From positions 205,475,741 to 205,539,740 of the forward strand of contig CM041465.1 of NCBI GenBank assembly GCA_023213395.1: a DNA stretch of 64,000 bases. The letters run 5' to 3'. Positions 62,601 to 64,000 of the stretch are shown in pieces. The notes under the pieces are model-generated. The model was given only the letters and a program-made list of their open reading frames with translations, was not told the DNA's origin and did not search any database. The first letter of the stretch is position 1, and each line of letters begins with the position of its first letter. This DNA is from Cycas panzhihuaensis. Lineage: Eukaryota > Plantae > Cycadophyta. The translations under genes were made by a program, and so were the position numbers.

Positions 62601-64000
62601 AAACCATCTGGCCTAGGAGCTTTATCCTGGCCCATGCTGAATAAGGCTTTCTCCACTTCCTCCAGGGTGAATGGCTCCATCAACTTTTTATTTTGGGCAT
62701 CGTTGATCAGCCTCGGAATACATCTCAACATGTTCAAATGAACATCAGGATCCTGGCATCCAGGTTCTTCAAAAAGATCTTTAAAGTACTATGTCACTAT
62801 GTTTCTAATTTGATCCTCAGTCACAGAAATATAACCCTCCTTATCACAGAGCTTTCTTATTCTATTATAGGATCTATGTTTTAGCGTCGACATATGAAAG
62901 AACTTGGTGTTCCTGTCCCCCTCCGCAATCCAAAACTCCCTGGATTTCTGTCTCCAATGGAGTTCCTCGTTGCCCAACACCTCCTCTAGCTCTTTTGTGG
63001 TCTTGCATTCAAGTTGGTCTAGGGAAAGAGATCTTCCCTCTTCTTGGATCCTCAGCTCAACCCTATTCATGTCCTCCAACAGTCTCCCTTTATCTTCGAA
63101 AATGTTTCCAAACACCTCCTTGTTCCAAACTTTAATCTGTCTCTTTAACCAATTCAACTTCTTTGAGAATTTAAACATAGCATACCCTGCAACAGGGATA
63201 CTCCACCACTCCTTAATCCTAGCTCTGAGATCGGGATGTAGCATCCACATACACTCAAAGCGAAAGAGAGCCCCACTATAGTTATCTGGGTATGAAAACT
63301 CCAACAGAAGAGGAGAATGATCAGAGGTCATTTTTGGGAGAGCCTCAAGCTTGAAATCCCCATGACGACATAACCATTCATAATTTATCAACATCCTGTC
63401 TAGCTTAATCTAAATGTGATTATGCCCCAGTCTCCTATTTGACCACATATACCTGGCCCCCTTAAGAGGGACATCCATGAGCCCACCATTCTATAAGAAG
63501 TCTCCCAGGTTAGACATACCCCTAGACCACCCCTCTTGATCTCCTTTCTTATCCTTTGGGATCAAAGCTGAGTTAAAGTTCCCTACTACCAACCATAGGC
63601 CTTTCCACCCCCTGTGGACCTCCACTAAACTGTCCCATAATTGCTTTCTTCCCTCCATTGTCATAGGAGCATAAACATTTGTAACCTACCATAGGATATT
63701 TGTCCTTCTGCAAGCCAGACACACTGTGATAAAATGCTCCCCCTAAGCGACCTAGGACCCTTACCACAAACTTGGGTTCTAGAGGACAACGAGCCCTCTC
63801 GATCCTAAAGCTCCCTCTCTAGCCCTCATCTCCTCCCCCATGCCAAATCTTGTTTTTAACCTCCTTCTCTTTTGCCTGGTCCAATTTCATCTCCTATAAG
63901 AAAACTAAATCCGCTCTCACCCTAGTTCTCAACTCCTTCACCATTCTTTGCTTGGATCAGGTATTTAAGCCCCTTATGTTCCAGGAAAGGGCCTTCATGG
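59643..64000 (-). mobile_element. L1-clade LINE: ORF2 (EN, RT, zf-RVT, RNase H) with poly(A) tail, degenerate
   Basis: ORF2 start MKALSWNIRGLN at 63998; EN SDHSPLL; RT (KAPRPDGF, DFRPISLCN, LRQGDPLSPYLF, HQFVDN); zf-RVT CELC...HITIHC; RNase H (WVKVNFD, IIEGDS, HTYREGN); poly(A) is T26 at 59643-59668. Confidence 0.95.

Noticed and set aside
60252-63281. + strand ORFs over the LINE
   Set aside because: Antisense shadows of ORF2.
1-64000. Prokaryotic-type novel system (CRISPR array, defence operon, retron)
   Set aside because: The DNA is intron-containing plant nuclear sequence. The tandem repeats have no unique spacers, and every RT belongs to an LTR element or a LINE.

Overview
Eukaryotic plant nuclear DNA, AT-rich and packed with transposable elements; a large-genome seed plant, probably a gymnosperm (inference from RAD51 residues and TE types, not proven). 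There is one intact host gene: a 9-exon RAD51 (32458-35581, +, 342 aa) with a non-canonical GC-AG second intron and candidate SOG1 and E2F sites upstream. The rest is mostly decayed, nested retroelements: several Ty1/copia copies and fragments, two gag-only (TR-GAG-like) elements, an Athila-like Ty3/gypsy element (36383-~52280, -) carrying a nested Tork/Tnt1-like copia (46170-51330), and an RNase H-bearing L1 LINE (59643-64000, -). I see no prokaryotic system, CRISPR array or RNA gene. The most unusual observation is the gypsy element's architecture: three CCHC knuckles in Gag, two extra tandem capsid-like modules between protease and RT, and a splice-acceptor-led extra ORF after integrase. 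All alignments and translations were done by eye, and no identities were computed.
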